Positions 1 to 10,353 of a DNA stretch of 64,000 nucleotides are shown here, in pieces (the first letter of the stretch is position 1; the number at the start of each line of letters is the position of its first letter). The DNA lies in the NCBI GenBank assembly GCA_002399235.1, contig DHDH01000016.1, positions 2,101 through 66,100 on the forward strand, written 5' to 3'. The position numbers and the translations under genes are program-made. The notes under the pieces were generated by a model. The model ran no database searches and was not told where the DNA came from. It saw only the letters and a list, made by a program, of their open reading frames with translations. The DNA is from Firmicutes bacterium UBA4881. Its GTDB lineage: Bacteria > Bacillota > DTU065.

Positions 1-2246
1 ATTATTTAGAGATTCAACCACTTGGTAATAACCAATTTATGTTACGAGAGAACTTGGTTTCTTCAGAAGAAGAACTGCAGGCTATTAATAAAAAAATCTA
101 TGATCTAGGCAAAGAGCTAGGTAAGCTAGTAGTTGCTACTGGTGATGTGCATTTTTTAAATCCCGAAGATGAAGTCTTAAGACGAGTCTTAATGGCAGCT
201 CAAGGCTATAGTGATGCTGACAATCAACCACCTGTCTATTATCGGACTACGGAAGAGATGTTAGCAGAATTTTCTTATCTTGGTCCCGAAGCTGCTTTCG
301 AGGTTGTTGTCGAAAATACTAATGCTATAGTAGCTCTTGCAGAGGACATTTCTCCAATTTCCAAAGAATACTGTCCTCCATTTATTGCCGGCGCTGACAA
401 GCAGATTGAAGAGATGACCTATAAAAGAGCACATGAACTTTATGGAGAAAACTTGCCTGAGATTGTAGCGAAAAGACTAGAAAAAGAATTGCAAGCTATT
501 ATTTCTAATGGCTTTGCTGTTTTGTATCTAATCGCCCAAAAACTAGTAGATAAATCTTTGCAAGATGGTTATCTTGTTGGCTCGCGAGGTTCGGTAGGTT
601 CTTCTTTAGTCGCTACTATGTGTAATATAACTGAAGTTAACCCATTGCCACCTCATTATCGCTGCCCTCACTGTTACTACACTGAGTTTGTCGATAATCC
701 TAATTATGGAGCAGGAGTTGATTTACCTGAGAAGAACTGCCCTAATTGCCAGACACCTTATGTGAGAGACGGATTTGATATACCTTTTGAAATCTTTATG
801 GGTTTTAAAGGTGATAAAGTTCCAGATATTGACCTAAACTTCTCGGGTATCTACCAATCGACAATTCATAAATACACTGAGGAACTTTTTGGCAAAGATC
901 ATGTTTTCCGAGCGGGAACAATTGGTACTCTTGCTGATAAAACTGCTTATGGTTTTGTGGCTAAATATATGGAAGAGCGTGCAAAACATTGGCCAGAAGC
1001 AGAAAGTAATAGAATTGCTAGAGCTTTAGTAGGTGTTAAAAGGACAACAGGACAACACCCAGGTGGAATGGTTGTTGTACCTGAAGGTCGCGAGATCTAT
1101 GAGTTTACACCTGTACAACATCCTGCTAACGATAGTAACGCCGACACAATTACTACTCACTTTGATTTTCATTCCATTGATGCTAATTTAGTCAAATTAG
1201 ATATTCTCGGGCATGATGATCCAACTATGTTACGTATGTTAGCCGATTTAACAGGCCTTGATGTACGGACCATTCCTCTTGATGATAAAGCAACAATGGA
1301 CATTTTTTGTAGTTTAGATAGTCTAAAACTAAAACCTGAAGATGTAGGTGGTAGTACAGTTGGTGTACTAGGTATACCCGAGTTTGGTACTAATTTTGTT
1401 AGGCGCATGGTTGAAGAAACTAAACCCACTACCTTTGCAGAGTTAGTACGTATTTCAGGATTTTCCCATGGTACTGATGTTTGGACCAATAACGCTCAGG
1501 ATTTGATTCGCGAAGGTAAAGCATCCTTAAGGGAAGCAATTGCTACCCGTGACGATATTATGAATTCACTAATTCAATTAAAGATGGATCCAGCCGAAGC
1601 TTTTAGCATTATGGAAAGGGTTAGAAAAGGAAAAGGTTTGACCGACGAAAATATTCAAGGCATGAATAAAGTGGATACACCAGAATGGTTTATTGAATCC
1701 TGTAAAAAGATTAGTTACCTTTTCCCTAAAGCTCATGCTGTAGCTTATGTAACCATGGCCTTTCGCATTGCTTATTTTAAAGTTCACTACCCAGAAGCGT
1801 ATTATGCTACTTATTTTTCGATTCGAGCTACTGATTTTGCAGCTGATCTAGCTTCTCAGGGTCTTGAGGCTGTAAAGGCTAAAATAGAAGAACTAAAAGC
1901 AAAAGGTTATGAGGCCACAGAAAAAGAAACCAATATGATTACGATTTTAGAAATTGTTGCTGAAGCTTTAGCCAGGGGGGTTAAATTCCGACCTGTTGAT
2001 CTTTATGAATCAGAAGCTAATACATTTAAGATTACTCCTGAAGGCTTATTGCCACCGTTTAGTGCTTTAGATGGTGTAGGGGAAGCTGCAGCCCAAACTT
2101 TAGCTCAAAATAAGGATCAAGGGCCTTATGTTTCCATCCAGGATCTGCAAGAAAAAACGAAAGTTTCCAGGAGTGTTATTGATGCCCTACGTAATCATGG
2201 TTGTTTAGAAGGACTCCCTGAATCAAGTCAAATGTCACTTTTTTAG
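1..2246 (+). CDS. polC: DNA polymerase III PolC-type, C-terminal ~745 codons (5' end upstream of window; frame open to base 3)
   Basis: ORF 39..2246 whose frame stays open back to the window start. PHP-like motif (ATGDVHFL), polymerase core and C-terminal HhH region. Position immediately upstream of rimP-nusA-infB is typical of Firmicutes. Confidence 0.9.
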   Translation, partial: YLEIQPLGNNQFMLRENLVSSEEELQAINKKIYDLGKELGKLVVATGDVHFLNPEDEVLRRVLMAAQGYSDADNQPPVYYRTTEEMLAEFSYLGPEAAFEVVVENTNAIVALAEDISPISKEYCPPFIAGADKQIEEMTYKRAHELYGENLPEIVAKRLEKELQAIISNGFAVLYLIAQKLVDKSLQDGYLVGSRGSVGSSLVATMCNITEVNPLPPHYRCPHCYYTEFVDNPNYGAGVDLPEKNCPNCQTPYVRDGFDIPFEIFMGFKGDKVPDIDLNFSGIYQSTIHKYTEELFGKDHVFRAGTIGTLADKTAYGFVAKYMEERAKHWPEAESNRIARALVGVKRTTGQHPGGMVVVPEGREIYEFTPVQHPANDSNADTITTHFDFHSIDANLVKLDILGHDDPTMLRMLADLTGLDVRTIPLDDKATMDIFCSLDSLKLKPEDVGGSTVGVLGIPEFGTNFVRRMVEETKPTTFAELVRISGFSHGTDVWTNNAQDLIREGKASLREAIATRDDIMNSLIQLKMDPAEAFSIMERVRKGKGLTDENIQGMNKVDTPEWFIESCKKISYLFPKAHAVAYVTMAFRIAYFKVHYPEAYYATYFSIRATDFAADLASQGLEAVKAKIEELKAKGYEATEKETNMITILEIVAEALARGVKFRPVDLYESEANTFKITPEGLLPPFSALDGVGEAAAQTLAQNKDQGPYVSIQDLQEKTKVSRSVIDALRNHGCLEGLPESSQMSLF

Positions 2247-2261
2247 GTCAGTTTTGAAATG

Positions 2262-2290
2262 TTGCTAATTGGGGCAAAGTATGATATACT
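2262..2290 (+). promoter_or_regulatory. sigma-A-like promoter of the rimP-nusA-infB operon (TTGCTA, 17 nt, TATACT)
   Basis: -35 TTGCTA at 2262..2267 and -10 TATACT at 2285..2290, separated by a 17-nt spacer and preceded by TGa. Confidence 0.4.
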
Positions 2291-2334
2291 AGCCTCGTAC
2301 ATGAGTTGTTAAATTACTATTGACAGGTGGAAAA

Positions 2335-2360
2335 GAGTGGGGCTGCCCACTCTTTCTTTT
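2335..2360 (+). promoter_or_regulatory. leader stem-loop with U-tract (GAGTGGG gctg CCCACTC + TTTCTTTT); possible attenuator ahead of rimP
   Basis: Perfect 7-bp stem followed by a T-rich run, sitting between the promoter and the rimP RBS. It is embedded in a larger inverted repeat (TTGACAG...TTGTCAA). Confidence 0.4.
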
Positions 2361-2398
2361 GTCAATAGCAGAAAATTATTCTTTAGAGGAGGAAGACT

Positions 2399-2863
2399 AT
2401 GAGCGGTAGGGTCGTGGAAGTAGTAACTGAAATGGTTTCACCAATGCTAGAAAAAATGGAACTTGAATTGGTCGAAATAACATATCGCAAAGAAGGACCA
2501 AATTGGATACTGCGGGTAGCCATTGACAGACCGCCCGAAGGTGTCACGATTGATGATTGCGAACGGGTCACAAAAGCCTTGTCTAAAGCTTTAGATGAGG
2601 TAGATCCCATTGAAACAGCCTATTACCTCGAAGTCTCTTCTCCAGGTGCAGAACGTAAGCTAAAAGATTACATTGATTTACAAAAACAGATCGGGCGTTA
2701 TCTCCACCTAACTCTAAAACAACCTGTAAAAGGGAAAGATACTTTAATAGGCTACCTAAAAGGAGCCGATGAAAATCAAGCGATTGTTCTCGAGAATGAA
2801 GATGGCCTATGGGAAATCTCCTATTCTCAAGTGTCCAGGGCACGCCTGGCCATCAAGTTCTAG
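2399..2863 (+). CDS. rimP: ribosome maturation factor RimP
   Basis: 154 aa. RBS GGAGGAAG ahead of ATG. Conserved position before nusA. RimP-like N- and C-terminal domains. Confidence 0.85.
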   Translation: MSGRVVEVVTEMVSPMLEKMELELVEITYRKEGPNWILRVAIDRPPEGVTIDDCERVTKALSKALDEVDPIETAYYLEVSSPGAERKLKDYIDLQKQIGRYLHLTLKQPVKGKDTLIGYLKGADENQAIVLENEDGLWEISYSQVSRARLAIKF

Positions 2864-2878
2864 TGCGGAGGGTATAAG

Positions 2879-3949
2879 ATGACAAGTGAAATTTATAGGG
2901 CGATCGAAGAAATTGCAAAAGAGAAGGGTATATCTCAGGATAAACTCATGTCAGTGTTGCAGACTTCTCTAATTGCTGCTTACAAAAACAACTATAAAGC
3001 TGAAGGACAATCAATCTCTGTTCGGTTTGATACTGATATGGAGTTGCATATTTATGTACAGAAAACGGTTGTCGAAGATGTTGTAAGTAGTGATATGCAG
3101 ATCTCCCTTGAAGAAGCGAGGGAACTCAATCCAGCCTTAGATGTAGGAGATATTGTAGAGATTGAGGTGACTCCGACAGATTTTAAACGTAAAGTAGCGA
3201 CTAATGCCAAACAGAATGTGCGTAATAATCTACTGGCAATTGAGCGTAACATCATTCTCGAGGAGTTTAAAAACCGTGAGGGTGATCTAATCACAGGTAT
3301 TGTAGAAAGAATCTCTAATAATAATGTTTTTATTAACTTAGGTAAAACCGAAGCTTTGCTTCTACCAAAGGAACAGGTTCCTACAGAAAGCTATAATCAT
3401 GGCGATCGAATTAAAGTGTATATTGCTGAGGTTAAAGAAGCTACTCAAGGACCAAAAATTATTCTCTCCCGTACTCATCCTGGTCTTTTGTTGCGGCTCA
3501 TGGAATTAGAAGTACCAGAGATTCATGATGGTGTAGTCCAAGTTAAGTCGGTAGCGAGAGAAGCTGGTAACCGCTCAAAGATTGCTGTTCACTCGGTTGA
3601 TCCTAATGTAGATCCTGTTGGATCTTGTGTCGGTGGTAAAGGTACTCGAATTAAAGCTGTAGTGGATGAGTTACATGGTGAGAGGATCGATGTTATCCCT
3701 TGGGATAAAGATCCAGCACTATTTGTCGCTAACTCTCTTTCTCCAGCTAAGGTTACTAAGGTGGAAATACAAGAAGGAGAAGAGAAGATCGCAAGAGTAA
3801 TTGTTCCTGATGATCAACTTTCTTTAGCTATTGGTAGAGAGGGTCAGAATGCGCGTCTAGCAGCAAAATTAACTGGCTGGAAAATAGATATTAAAAGTGA
3901 GAGCCAGATCAGTGCTGAGGTGACTGAAGATGGCGAAAAAGATTCCTGA
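2879..3949 (+). CDS. nusA: transcription termination/antitermination factor NusA
   Basis: 356 aa with S1 and KH domains (GSCVGGKGTRIKAV). Lies in the rimP-nusA-infB context. Confidence 0.9.
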   Translation: MTSEIYRAIEEIAKEKGISQDKLMSVLQTSLIAAYKNNYKAEGQSISVRFDTDMELHIYVQKTVVEDVVSSDMQISLEEARELNPALDVGDIVEIEVTPTDFKRKVATNAKQNVRNNLLAIERNIILEEFKNREGDLITGIVERISNNNVFINLGKTEALLLPKEQVPTESYNHGDRIKVYIAEVKEATQGPKIILSRTHPGLLLRLMELEVPEIHDGVVQVKSVAREAGNRSKIAVHSVDPNVDPVGSCVGGKGTRIKAVVDELHGERIDVIPWDKDPALFVANSLSPAKVTKVEIQEGEEKIARVIVPDDQLSLAIGREGQNARLAAKLTGWKIDIKSESQISAEVTEDGEKDS

Positions 3950-4196
3950 GAGAAGTTGTATAGGCTGTCGGGAAAAGTTTCCTAAAAAAGAACTAATTCG
4001 CATTGTTAGAACTCCTGAAGGTGATGTAAAAATAGACCCAACTGGAAAAGCCAATGGTAGAGGAGCCTATATCTGTAGTAAAACAATTTGTTTAGAAAAA
4101 GCCTACAAAGGCGATAGATTGAGTCAAGCTCTTAGTACACAAGTTTCTGAGGAGATCTATAATAAATTAAGAGAGGATCTCTCTAAGCAATGTTAG
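3930..4196 (+). CDS. ylxR: YlxR/RnpM (DUF448) family RNA-binding protein
   Basis: 88 aa with the RSCIGCREK motif. Overlaps the nusA 3' end, as is typical. Confidence 0.75.
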   Translation: MAKKIPERSCIGCREKFPKKELIRIVRTPEGDVKIDPTGKANGRGAYICSKTICLEKAYKGDRLSQALSTQVSEEIYNKLREDLSKQC

Positions 4197-4480
4197 GATT
4201 AGTACGTCGTTCGGGTGCTTTATTAATAGGACAGAAAGCGTGTGAAGAAGCTATTTTGGGGAACCGGGCCAAATTGCTTATTTTAGCGAATGATGCTGGT
4301 CATTCCACTAAACGTAACTTTCTCCACTTAGCTGAAAAATTTGCTATTGATGTTATGCTGTACCCAGATAAAAAAAGTTTAGGAACATTAGTAGGTTATA
4401 AAGAAGCTGCTATCATTGCTGTCACCGATGTTAATTGGAGCGAGAGACTGAAAAAGTCATTAAATTCCGGGGGTGAGTAG
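4190..4480 (+). CDS. ylxQ: ribosomal protein L7Ae-family protein (YlxQ-like)
   Basis: 96 aa L7Ae/L30e-like fold (GLVRRSGALLIG). Sits between ylxR and infB. Confidence 0.7.
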   Translation: MLGLVRRSGALLIGQKACEEAILGNRAKLLILANDAGHSTKRNFLHLAEKFAIDVMLYPDKKSLGTLVGYKEAAIIAVTDVNWSERLKKSLNSGGE

Positions 4481-6463
4481 ATGGGTAAAGTCCGCGTCTA
4501 CGAATTGGCCAAGAGCCTAGGTATAACAAGTAAACAGATTATTGATTATTTGAGTGAATTAGGTGTCGATATTTCTAGCCATATGAGCACAATTGATGAT
4601 GATGCAGTAGAACTCCTTAAAGAAGCATTTGCTCCTGAGGTAAGTACTGATCTTTTAGAGCTAGAAGAAGAGCCTGTTAAGGTAAAGAATCCAAGTAAAA
4701 AGAAGAAGAAGAAAACCATTGATATTAAAGGTGCTTTGAATGCAGCTTCTTTAGCTAAAAGCTTGGATATTCCAGTTCCAGAAATTCTTAAAAAATTAAT
4801 GGATTTAGGTTTCATGTTATCTCAAAATGCTGAGATCGATCCAGAAGTAGCTGCACTTATTTGCGATGAGTTTGATGCCAAATTAAAGCTAAAAGACCAA
4901 GATCAAACAGAGGAAGCAAATGAAGAATTAGAGGAGTTAGAAATAGATGGATATGATGCTCCTGAGGTTCCAAGAGCTCCTGTTGTGACAATTATGGGTC
5001 ATGTAGATCATGGGAAAACTACGCTTTTAGATAGGATTCGCCATGCTAATGTAGCAGCCTCGGAAGCAGGAGGTATCACTCAGCATATTGGTGCTTACCA
5101 GGTTGATGTAAAAGGTAAAAAGATCGTTTTTCTTGATACTCCAGGTCACGAAGCTTTTACTTCGATGCGTGCAAGAGGAGCCCAGGTAACTGATATTGCT
5201 ATTTTAGTAGTTGCTGCCAACGATGGTGTTATGCCACAAACTATTGAAGCTTTAAACCATGCTAAAGCAGCTAAGGTACCAATTATTGTTGCCGTAAATA
5301 AGATAGATGCCTCAGGTGCTAACCCTGATCATGTTAAGCAACAACTTGCTGAACATGGGCTACTTCCAGAAGATTGGGGTGGCGATACTATCTTTGTGCC
5401 AGTTTCAGCTTTACGCGGAGAGGGTATAACTGAACTACTGGACATGATTGTTCTAGTTTCCGAGATGCTAGAACTAAAAGCTCCAGTAGAATGTCCAGCT
5501 AAAGGCACAATTATTGAAGCAAAGTTAGATAAAGGCAGAGGACCTGTGGCTACAGTTCTAGTAGAGAAGGGTACACTAAAAGTAGGCGACTGTGTTGTAG
5601 CTGGTTCAGTATCAGGACGTATTAGAGCAATGGTTAATGATAAGGGACAGAATATTAAAATAGCTGGTCCTTCTACGCCAGTAGAGGTTTTAGGTATCAC
5701 TGATGTCCCTCAAGCCGGAGACCCTTTCCAAGTTACTGAGGATGATAGAACTGCAAGAGAAATAGCAGCTAAACGTATCGATAAAGAGAGAGAAAAGCAA
5801 CAAAATATTGCTAAAATATCTCTAGATGACCTTTTTGCTCAGATTAAGAGTTCTGAAATTAAGGAACTTAAATTACTCATTAAGGCTGACGTTCAAGGTT
5901 CAGCAGAGGCAGTAAAACAGTCTTTAGAGAAGCTTTCGAACCAGGAAGTAAAAGTGGTGGCTATCCACACTGGTGTAGGAGCTATCAGTGAGAGCGATAT
6001 AATGCTGGCATCAGCCTCTAATGCTATTATCATAGGCTTTAATGTTCGCCCCGATTCAATAGCTAAAAAGGCTGCCGAAAGGGAATATGTCGACATTCGT
6101 CTGTATCGTATTATCTACGATGCGGTCGATGACATAGAAAAAGCTCTAAAGGGTATGCTGGAACCTAAATACAAAGAAGAAATATTAGGTCATGCTGAAG
6201 TTAGAACTGTCTTTAAGGTGCCTAAAGCCGGTAATATTGGTGGCTGTTACGTAACCGACGGTAAGATTTTACGCATAGCAAAGGCTAGAATACTCAGAGA
6301 TAATATTGTTATCTACGAAGGTGAACTTGGCTCTCTCAAACGTTTCAAAGATGATGTGAGAGAGGTAGCTTCTGGTTTTGAATGCGGCATCGGCTTTGAG
6401 AAGTTTAACGACATCAAAGAAGGCGATGTTATTGAAGCATACCAGATGACCAAGATTGAATAG
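4481..6463 (+). CDS. infB: translation initiation factor IF-2
   Basis: 660 aa. G-domain motifs [21 protein letters not shown]. Lys-rich linker. Confidence 0.95.
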   Translation: MGKVRVYELAKSLGITSKQIIDYLSELGVDISSHMSTIDDDAVELLKEAFAPEVSTDLLELEEEPVKVKNPSKKKKKKTIDIKGALNAASLAKSLDIPVPEILKKLMDLGFMLSQNAEIDPEVAALICDEFDAKLKLKDQDQTEEANEELEELEIDGYDAPEVPRAPVVTIMGHVDHGKTTLLDRIRHANVAASEAGGITQHIGAYQVDVKGKKIVFLDTPGHEAFTSMRARGAQVTDIAILVVAANDGVMPQTIEALNHAKAAKVPIIVAVNKIDASGANPDHVKQQLAEHGLLPEDWGGDTIFVPVSALRGEGITELLDMIVLVSEMLELKAPVECPAKGTIIEAKLDKGRGPVATVLVEKGTLKVGDCVVAGSVSGRIRAMVNDKGQNIKIAGPSTPVEVLGITDVPQAGDPFQVTEDDRTAREIAAKRIDKEREKQQNIAKISLDDLFAQIKSSEIKELKLLIKADVQGSAEAVKQSLEKLSNQEVKVVAIHTGVGAISESDIMLASASNAIIIGFNVRPDSIAKKAAEREYVDIRLYRIIYDAVDDIEKALKGMLEPKYKEEILGHAEVRTVFKVPKAGNIGGCYVTDGKILRIAKARILRDNIVIYEGELGSLKRFKDDVREVASGFECGIGFEKFNDIKEGDVIEAYQMTKIE

Positions 6464-6510
6464 CCTAATGCCTTTGCTTTTCAATTGTACTGGGAAAGGC
6501 AGGGTTTAAT

Positions 6511-6891
6511 ATGCAGCGATTTTCACGTAAAGATAGAGTTCAAGAAGAGATAAAAAGAGAAGTAGCTGATATTATCAGACGCGATGTTAAAGATCCGCGT
6601 GTAGGCTTTGTATCAATTACAGATGCCGAATTAAGTGATGATCTCACTTTCGTTAAAATCTTCTACTCTACTTTAGACGATGATAAACTAGAAGAGATAC
6701 AAATGGGTTTGGAGAAAGCTACTGGTTATATACGTAGTGAAATTGGTAAACGTATAAGACTAAGAGTAACACCTGAAATTGTCTTTCGTTACGATGAATC
6801 ACTTAAAAGGGGAGCTCGTATGATGGAGCTTTTAAACGAAGTGAAGAAGAAAGAAACAGGTGACGGGGATGGCAAAGATGACAATAATTGA
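6511..6891 (+). CDS. rbfA: ribosome-binding factor A
   Basis: 126 aa with the RbfA KH-like fold, downstream of infB. Confidence 0.85.
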   Translation: MQRFSRKDRVQEEIKREVADIIRRDVKDPRVGFVSITDAELSDDLTFVKIFYSTLDDDKLEEIQMGLEKATGYIRSEIGKRIRLRVTPEIVFRYDESLKRGARMMELLNEVKKKETGDGDGKDDNN

Positions 6892-7834
6892 GGAAATAAA
6901 ATATCTGTTGTTAAAAAGTAATCGTATTTTGTTACTTTGCCATATTACACCTGATGGTGATTGCCTTGGTTCACTCCTAGCTTTAGGCCGTTCTTTAAAA
7001 AAGTTGGGAAAAGAAGTATTTATGTACTGTGAAGATGAGATACCATCTTTTTTAGAATTTATGCTTGAGACTGGTGAGCTACAGTCTAACCAGGCTGTAG
7101 CTACCAATTTCGATGTAGCTGTGGCTCTAGATTCTGGTGATAGCAAACGCTTAGGTGAACTAGGTTTAGAACTCTATCGCGGTACTAAGAAAAAAATTAA
7201 TATTGATCATCATGCTTCTAACCCAGGGTATGGTGATCTTAATTGGGTTGAACCAAACAAAGCTGCCACTGGAGAAATGGTACTACAGTTAATTGATAGC
7301 TTAGGGATACAGTTAGATCTTAGTTTGGGTGTACCCCTTTACACAGCCATCTTTACAGATACTGGTGGTTTTAGACACAGTAATACTACTAGTGAGACAT
7401 TGAAAATCGCTGCTAGGCTAGTAGAACTTGGTGTAGAACCAGCGGTAATAAGTAGAGAAATTTACGAAAAAAAACCTTTTAATTATTTTAAACTATTATC
7501 CAAAGCGTTTAGTCGTTTTACCATTGATGGTAAGATCTGTTATACCTGGGTTAAATTAAAAGAGATAGAAGAGTTAGGCCTTGATTATGGTGCTGCTGAA
7601 GAACTAACTACATTTACTAAGATGATGAAAGATATTGATGTAGCTATTGTTTTTAAAGAAAAAGAAGAAAACTATATCAAGGTATCTCTACGGTCTCAAA
7701 GTGATTATAATGTGGCGGAGCTGGCGGAAAAATTTGGCGGTGGAGGACATGAGAAAGCTGCTGGTTTAATAATCAAAGATAGTCTTGAAGAAGCTATTAA
7801 ACAAGTGTTAAATGCTGCCAAAGAGGTGCAATAG
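6869..7834 (+). CDS. nrnA: DHH/DHHA1 phosphoesterase NrnA (oligoribonuclease/pAp phosphatase)
   Basis: DHH motifs (HITPDGDCLGS, DHH). Start is uncertain: GTG 6860, ATG 6869 or ATG 6878. Confidence 0.75.
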   Translation: MAKMTIIEEIKYLLLKSNRILLLCHITPDGDCLGSLLALGRSLKKLGKEVFMYCEDEIPSFLEFMLETGELQSNQAVATNFDVAVALDSGDSKRLGELGLELYRGTKKKINIDHHASNPGYGDLNWVEPNKAATGEMVLQLIDSLGIQLDLSLGVPLYTAIFTDTGGFRHSNTTSETLKIAARLVELGVEPAVISREIYEKKPFNYFKLLSKAFSRFTIDGKICYTWVKLKEIEELGLDYGAAEELTTFTKMMKDIDVAIVFKEKEENYIKVSLRSQSDYNVAELAEKFGGGGHEKAAGLIIKDSLEEAIKQVLNAAKEVQ

Positions 7835-8752
7835 ATGGATGGAATAGTTAACCTTCTAAAACCACCGGGGCCAACATCCCACGATATGGTTCAGAAAATG
7901 CGTCGTTTAACTAAGCAAAAAAGAATCGGCCATGCTGGTACTCTTGATCCAGGAGCTAGTGGGGTACTAGTTATTGGCATAGGTAAAGGGACTCGGATCT
8001 TAGAATATCTTCTTGACCAGAAAAAGACCTATATTACCGAGGTTGTCTTTGGTAGTTCAACAACAACTGCTGACGCGTATGGTGAGGTAATAGAAAGCAA
8101 AAAGGGCTCTATAACTAAAAAACAACTAGAAAAGGTTATAAACGAATTTATAGGTCAGCTAGAACAAATTCCACCTATGGCTTCGGCGGTTAAAATCGGT
8201 GGGAGAAAGTTATATGAGCTATTAAGAGAAGGTCAAGTGATCGACCGCAAACCTCGCCAAATAGAGATCTATTCTTTGAAAATTATTCAAGCGCCAGATA
8301 TCATTTATGCTGGTGATAGAGTAGTGATGGAAGCTCAAGTGAGTAAGGGAACCTATATCCGCACATTGTGCCAAGATATAGGCGAGCGCCTAGGGTTACC
8401 TGCTCATATGGGCTTTCTTCTGCGTACTGCATCAGGTGGACTGAACATAAATAATAGCCTTTTATTGGAAGAGGTTTGTAATAAGCTAAACAAAAAAGAA
8501 GAGTTTTTAATTCCCCCTGATCAAGCTTTGAATTTTTCTCGGGTTTTTGCCAGAGAGGATAAAGAAAAAGCGCTTCGAAATGGACAAACTCTAAATGTTG
8601 ATGATGTAACCTTTTCTACTCAACTAAACCAAGATGAGTTAGTTAGATTATATTCGGCTTCAAATGAGTTTGTTGGTATTTATCGCTTTTTAGTTCAAGA
8701 TGATAAGCCGATACTTAAACCAGAAAAAGTTCTCTTCGATGTTGGCAGGTGA
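7835..8752 (+). CDS. truB: tRNA pseudouridine(55) synthase TruB
   Basis: 305 aa with the GHAGTLDPGASGVL catalytic motif. Confidence 0.9.
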   Translation: MDGIVNLLKPPGPTSHDMVQKMRRLTKQKRIGHAGTLDPGASGVLVIGIGKGTRILEYLLDQKKTYITEVVFGSSTTTADAYGEVIESKKGSITKKQLEKVINEFIGQLEQIPPMASAVKIGGRKLYELLREGQVIDRKPRQIEIYSLKIIQAPDIIYAGDRVVMEAQVSKGTYIRTLCQDIGERLGLPAHMGFLLRTASGGLNINNSLLLEEVCNKLNKKEEFLIPPDQALNFSRVFAREDKEKALRNGQTLNVDDVTFSTQLNQDELVRLYSASNEFVGIYRFLVQDDKPILKPEKVLFDVGR

Positions 8753-8756
8753 AAGC

Positions 8757-9674
8757 ATGGAAATCCGTAATCTTTACGAAAACAATGACCCATCAGTAGT
8801 TGTTTTAGGAGCCTTTGATGGACTTCACAGAGGGCACCTTAGCCTTTTAAAAGCAGGTAAAAAGTTAGCATTAAAAAAACAAGCTAAGCTTGCTGTTATG
8901 ACTTTTGATGAGCATCCAGATATAGTTTTGCGAGATAATCCGATGAAGCTTCTAACTACCCAAAAGGAAAAATTAGATCTACTAGAAAAACTAGGTGTAG
9001 AGATAGTCTTTATGCCTAGATTTCGTGATATAGCAGGCCTAAGCGCTGAATGCTTTTTTTATCAAATATTATTAGGTGATTTTAAAGCTAAGGGAGCAGT
9101 TGTGGGCCCTAATTTTCGCTTTGGTAAAAAAGCCAGAGGTAACAGCAAGTTACTCAATCTTTTAGGCCAAAAAGAAGGGTTACCTGTTTTAGTACGACCA
9201 GGAGTTACCCAAAATGGTCAGATCATTTCCTCTACTTTGATTAGAAGGTTAATTAGGCAAGGAGAAGTTTCTAGAGCTAACACTTTGCTAGGTAGAAGAT
9301 ATTCTCTTACCGGTACAGTTATTGCTGGTGAGGGAAGAGGCCGTAAACTTGGCATGCCTACAGCTAATCTACAAATTGCTCCTGAAAAACTCTTGCCTCC
9401 TCTTGGGGTTTATTTAGTACAAGGTTTTTGGCAAAATAAATCTTGTTACGGATTGCTATCAATCTCAGATAAACCAACATTTCATGCCCAAAGCGAAATA
9501 GTTTCAGAAGTTTACTTTTTTGATCTAAATGAAAATTTATATGGCCAAGAAATAACTTTAGAATGTATTAAATACCTTAGAGGTATTGTTAAATATAGTA
9601 ACGCTAATGATTTAATGGACCAGGTTAAAAAAGATGAAAAAGAGGCTAGAAATATTATTTATTTCTTGGCCTAA
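8757..9674 (+). CDS. ribF: bifunctional riboflavin kinase / FMN adenylyltransferase
   Basis: FAD-synthetase N-terminus (GAFDGLHRGH) and a riboflavin-kinase C-terminus. I placed the start at ATG 8757 after RBS GGTGAAAG. The longer ORF from 8700 overlaps truB. Confidence 0.85.
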   Translation: MEIRNLYENNDPSVVVLGAFDGLHRGHLSLLKAGKKLALKKQAKLAVMTFDEHPDIVLRDNPMKLLTTQKEKLDLLEKLGVEIVFMPRFRDIAGLSAECFFYQILLGDFKAKGAVVGPNFRFGKKARGNSKLLNLLGQKEGLPVLVRPGVTQNGQIISSTLIRRLIRQGEVSRANTLLGRRYSLTGTVIAGEGRGRKLGMPTANLQIAPEKLLPPLGVYLVQGFWQNKSCYGLLSISDKPTFHAQSEIVSEVYFFDLNENLYGQEITLECIKYLRGIVKYSNANDLMDQVKKDEKEARNIIYFLA

Positions 9675-9909
9675 AAAAGGTAATAATTTACCCTAGAAAT
9701 AACATTATAAAAGTAAAGCTTTTAATCCATTGTCATATCAGGTGACCAAAGCGTAATTTATTCACGTTTCACATAAATTGATAATTTGATTTTTGTTTAG
9801 ATTCCAGCTCTATTACACTAAAGGCTTAGTAGTTTCTTAGCTAAATTGGAAACTAAGCTGGCGAAAAAGAATTTATTTCCAAGCCTTCTATAAGCTTGAT
9901 GATCAATTG

Positions 9910-9938
9910 TTGTTAACTGGAGTCTATTATGGTAAACT
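9910..9938 (+). promoter_or_regulatory. candidate rpsO promoter (TTGTTA, 17 nt, TAAACT) followed by an ~85-nt structured leader
   Basis: -35/-10 hexamers with 17-nt spacing. The long 5' UTR is typical of S15-autoregulated rpsO. Confidence 0.35.
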
Positions 9939-10025
9939 AATTAAGGAACAAACCCATAGCTCAGCAAGACGAATCCTCCGACGTTTAGCTTGGCTTTGGG
10001 GGTTATTAATTAAGGAGGTGTCAAT

Positions 10026-10301
10026 ATGGCACTAAATACAGAAACCAAGAAAGCTTTAATTGACGCTTATCAGATCCATGAAGGCGACACTGGTTCTCCT
10101 GAGGTACAGATTGCAATGCTTACTAAAAGAATTAATGATTTGACTGAGCATTTGAAGGTACACTCTAAGGATTACCATTCACGCCGTGGTCTGTACAAGC
10201 TCATCGGTCAAAGAAATGGCCTTCTCAAGTATTTGAGAGACAAAGATATCGAAAGATATAGAGCTCTCATTGAAAAATTAGGCATTAGAGCACTTAAGTA
10301 A
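10026..10301 (+). CDS. rpsO: 30S ribosomal protein S15
   Basis: 91-aa S15 with RBS AAGGAGGTG. Confidence 0.9.
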   Translation: MALNTETKKALIDAYQIHEGDTGSPEVQIAMLTKRINDLTEHLKVHSKDYHSRRGLYKLIGQRNGLLKYLRDKDIERYRALIEKLGIRALK

Positions 10302-10330
10302 AAAAGGGAGCGGAGTGCCGCTCCTTTTTT
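10302..10330 (+). terminator. intrinsic terminator (GGGAGCGG agtg CCGCTCC TTTTTT)
   Basis: GC-rich hairpin plus T6, directly after the rpsO stop. Confidence 0.7.
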
Positions 10331-10353
10331 AACAGACTACAGGAGGGATGTAC

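Noticed and set aside
1169-1489. Antisense ORFs from the six-frame track lying entirely inside larger, well-supported genes. Examples are 1169..1489, 1578..1787, 4546..4815, 5329..5700, 10536..10853, 12129..12431, 14907..15314, 18544..18954, 24031..24264, 29905..30153, 30960..31217, 32807..33127, 44728..45117, 45667..45951, 52541..52780, 55176..55418 and 58052..58267.
   Set aside because: These are shadow ORFs on the opposite strand of conserved genes. They have no RBS, a low-complexity composition, and the frame is fully accounted for by the sense gene.
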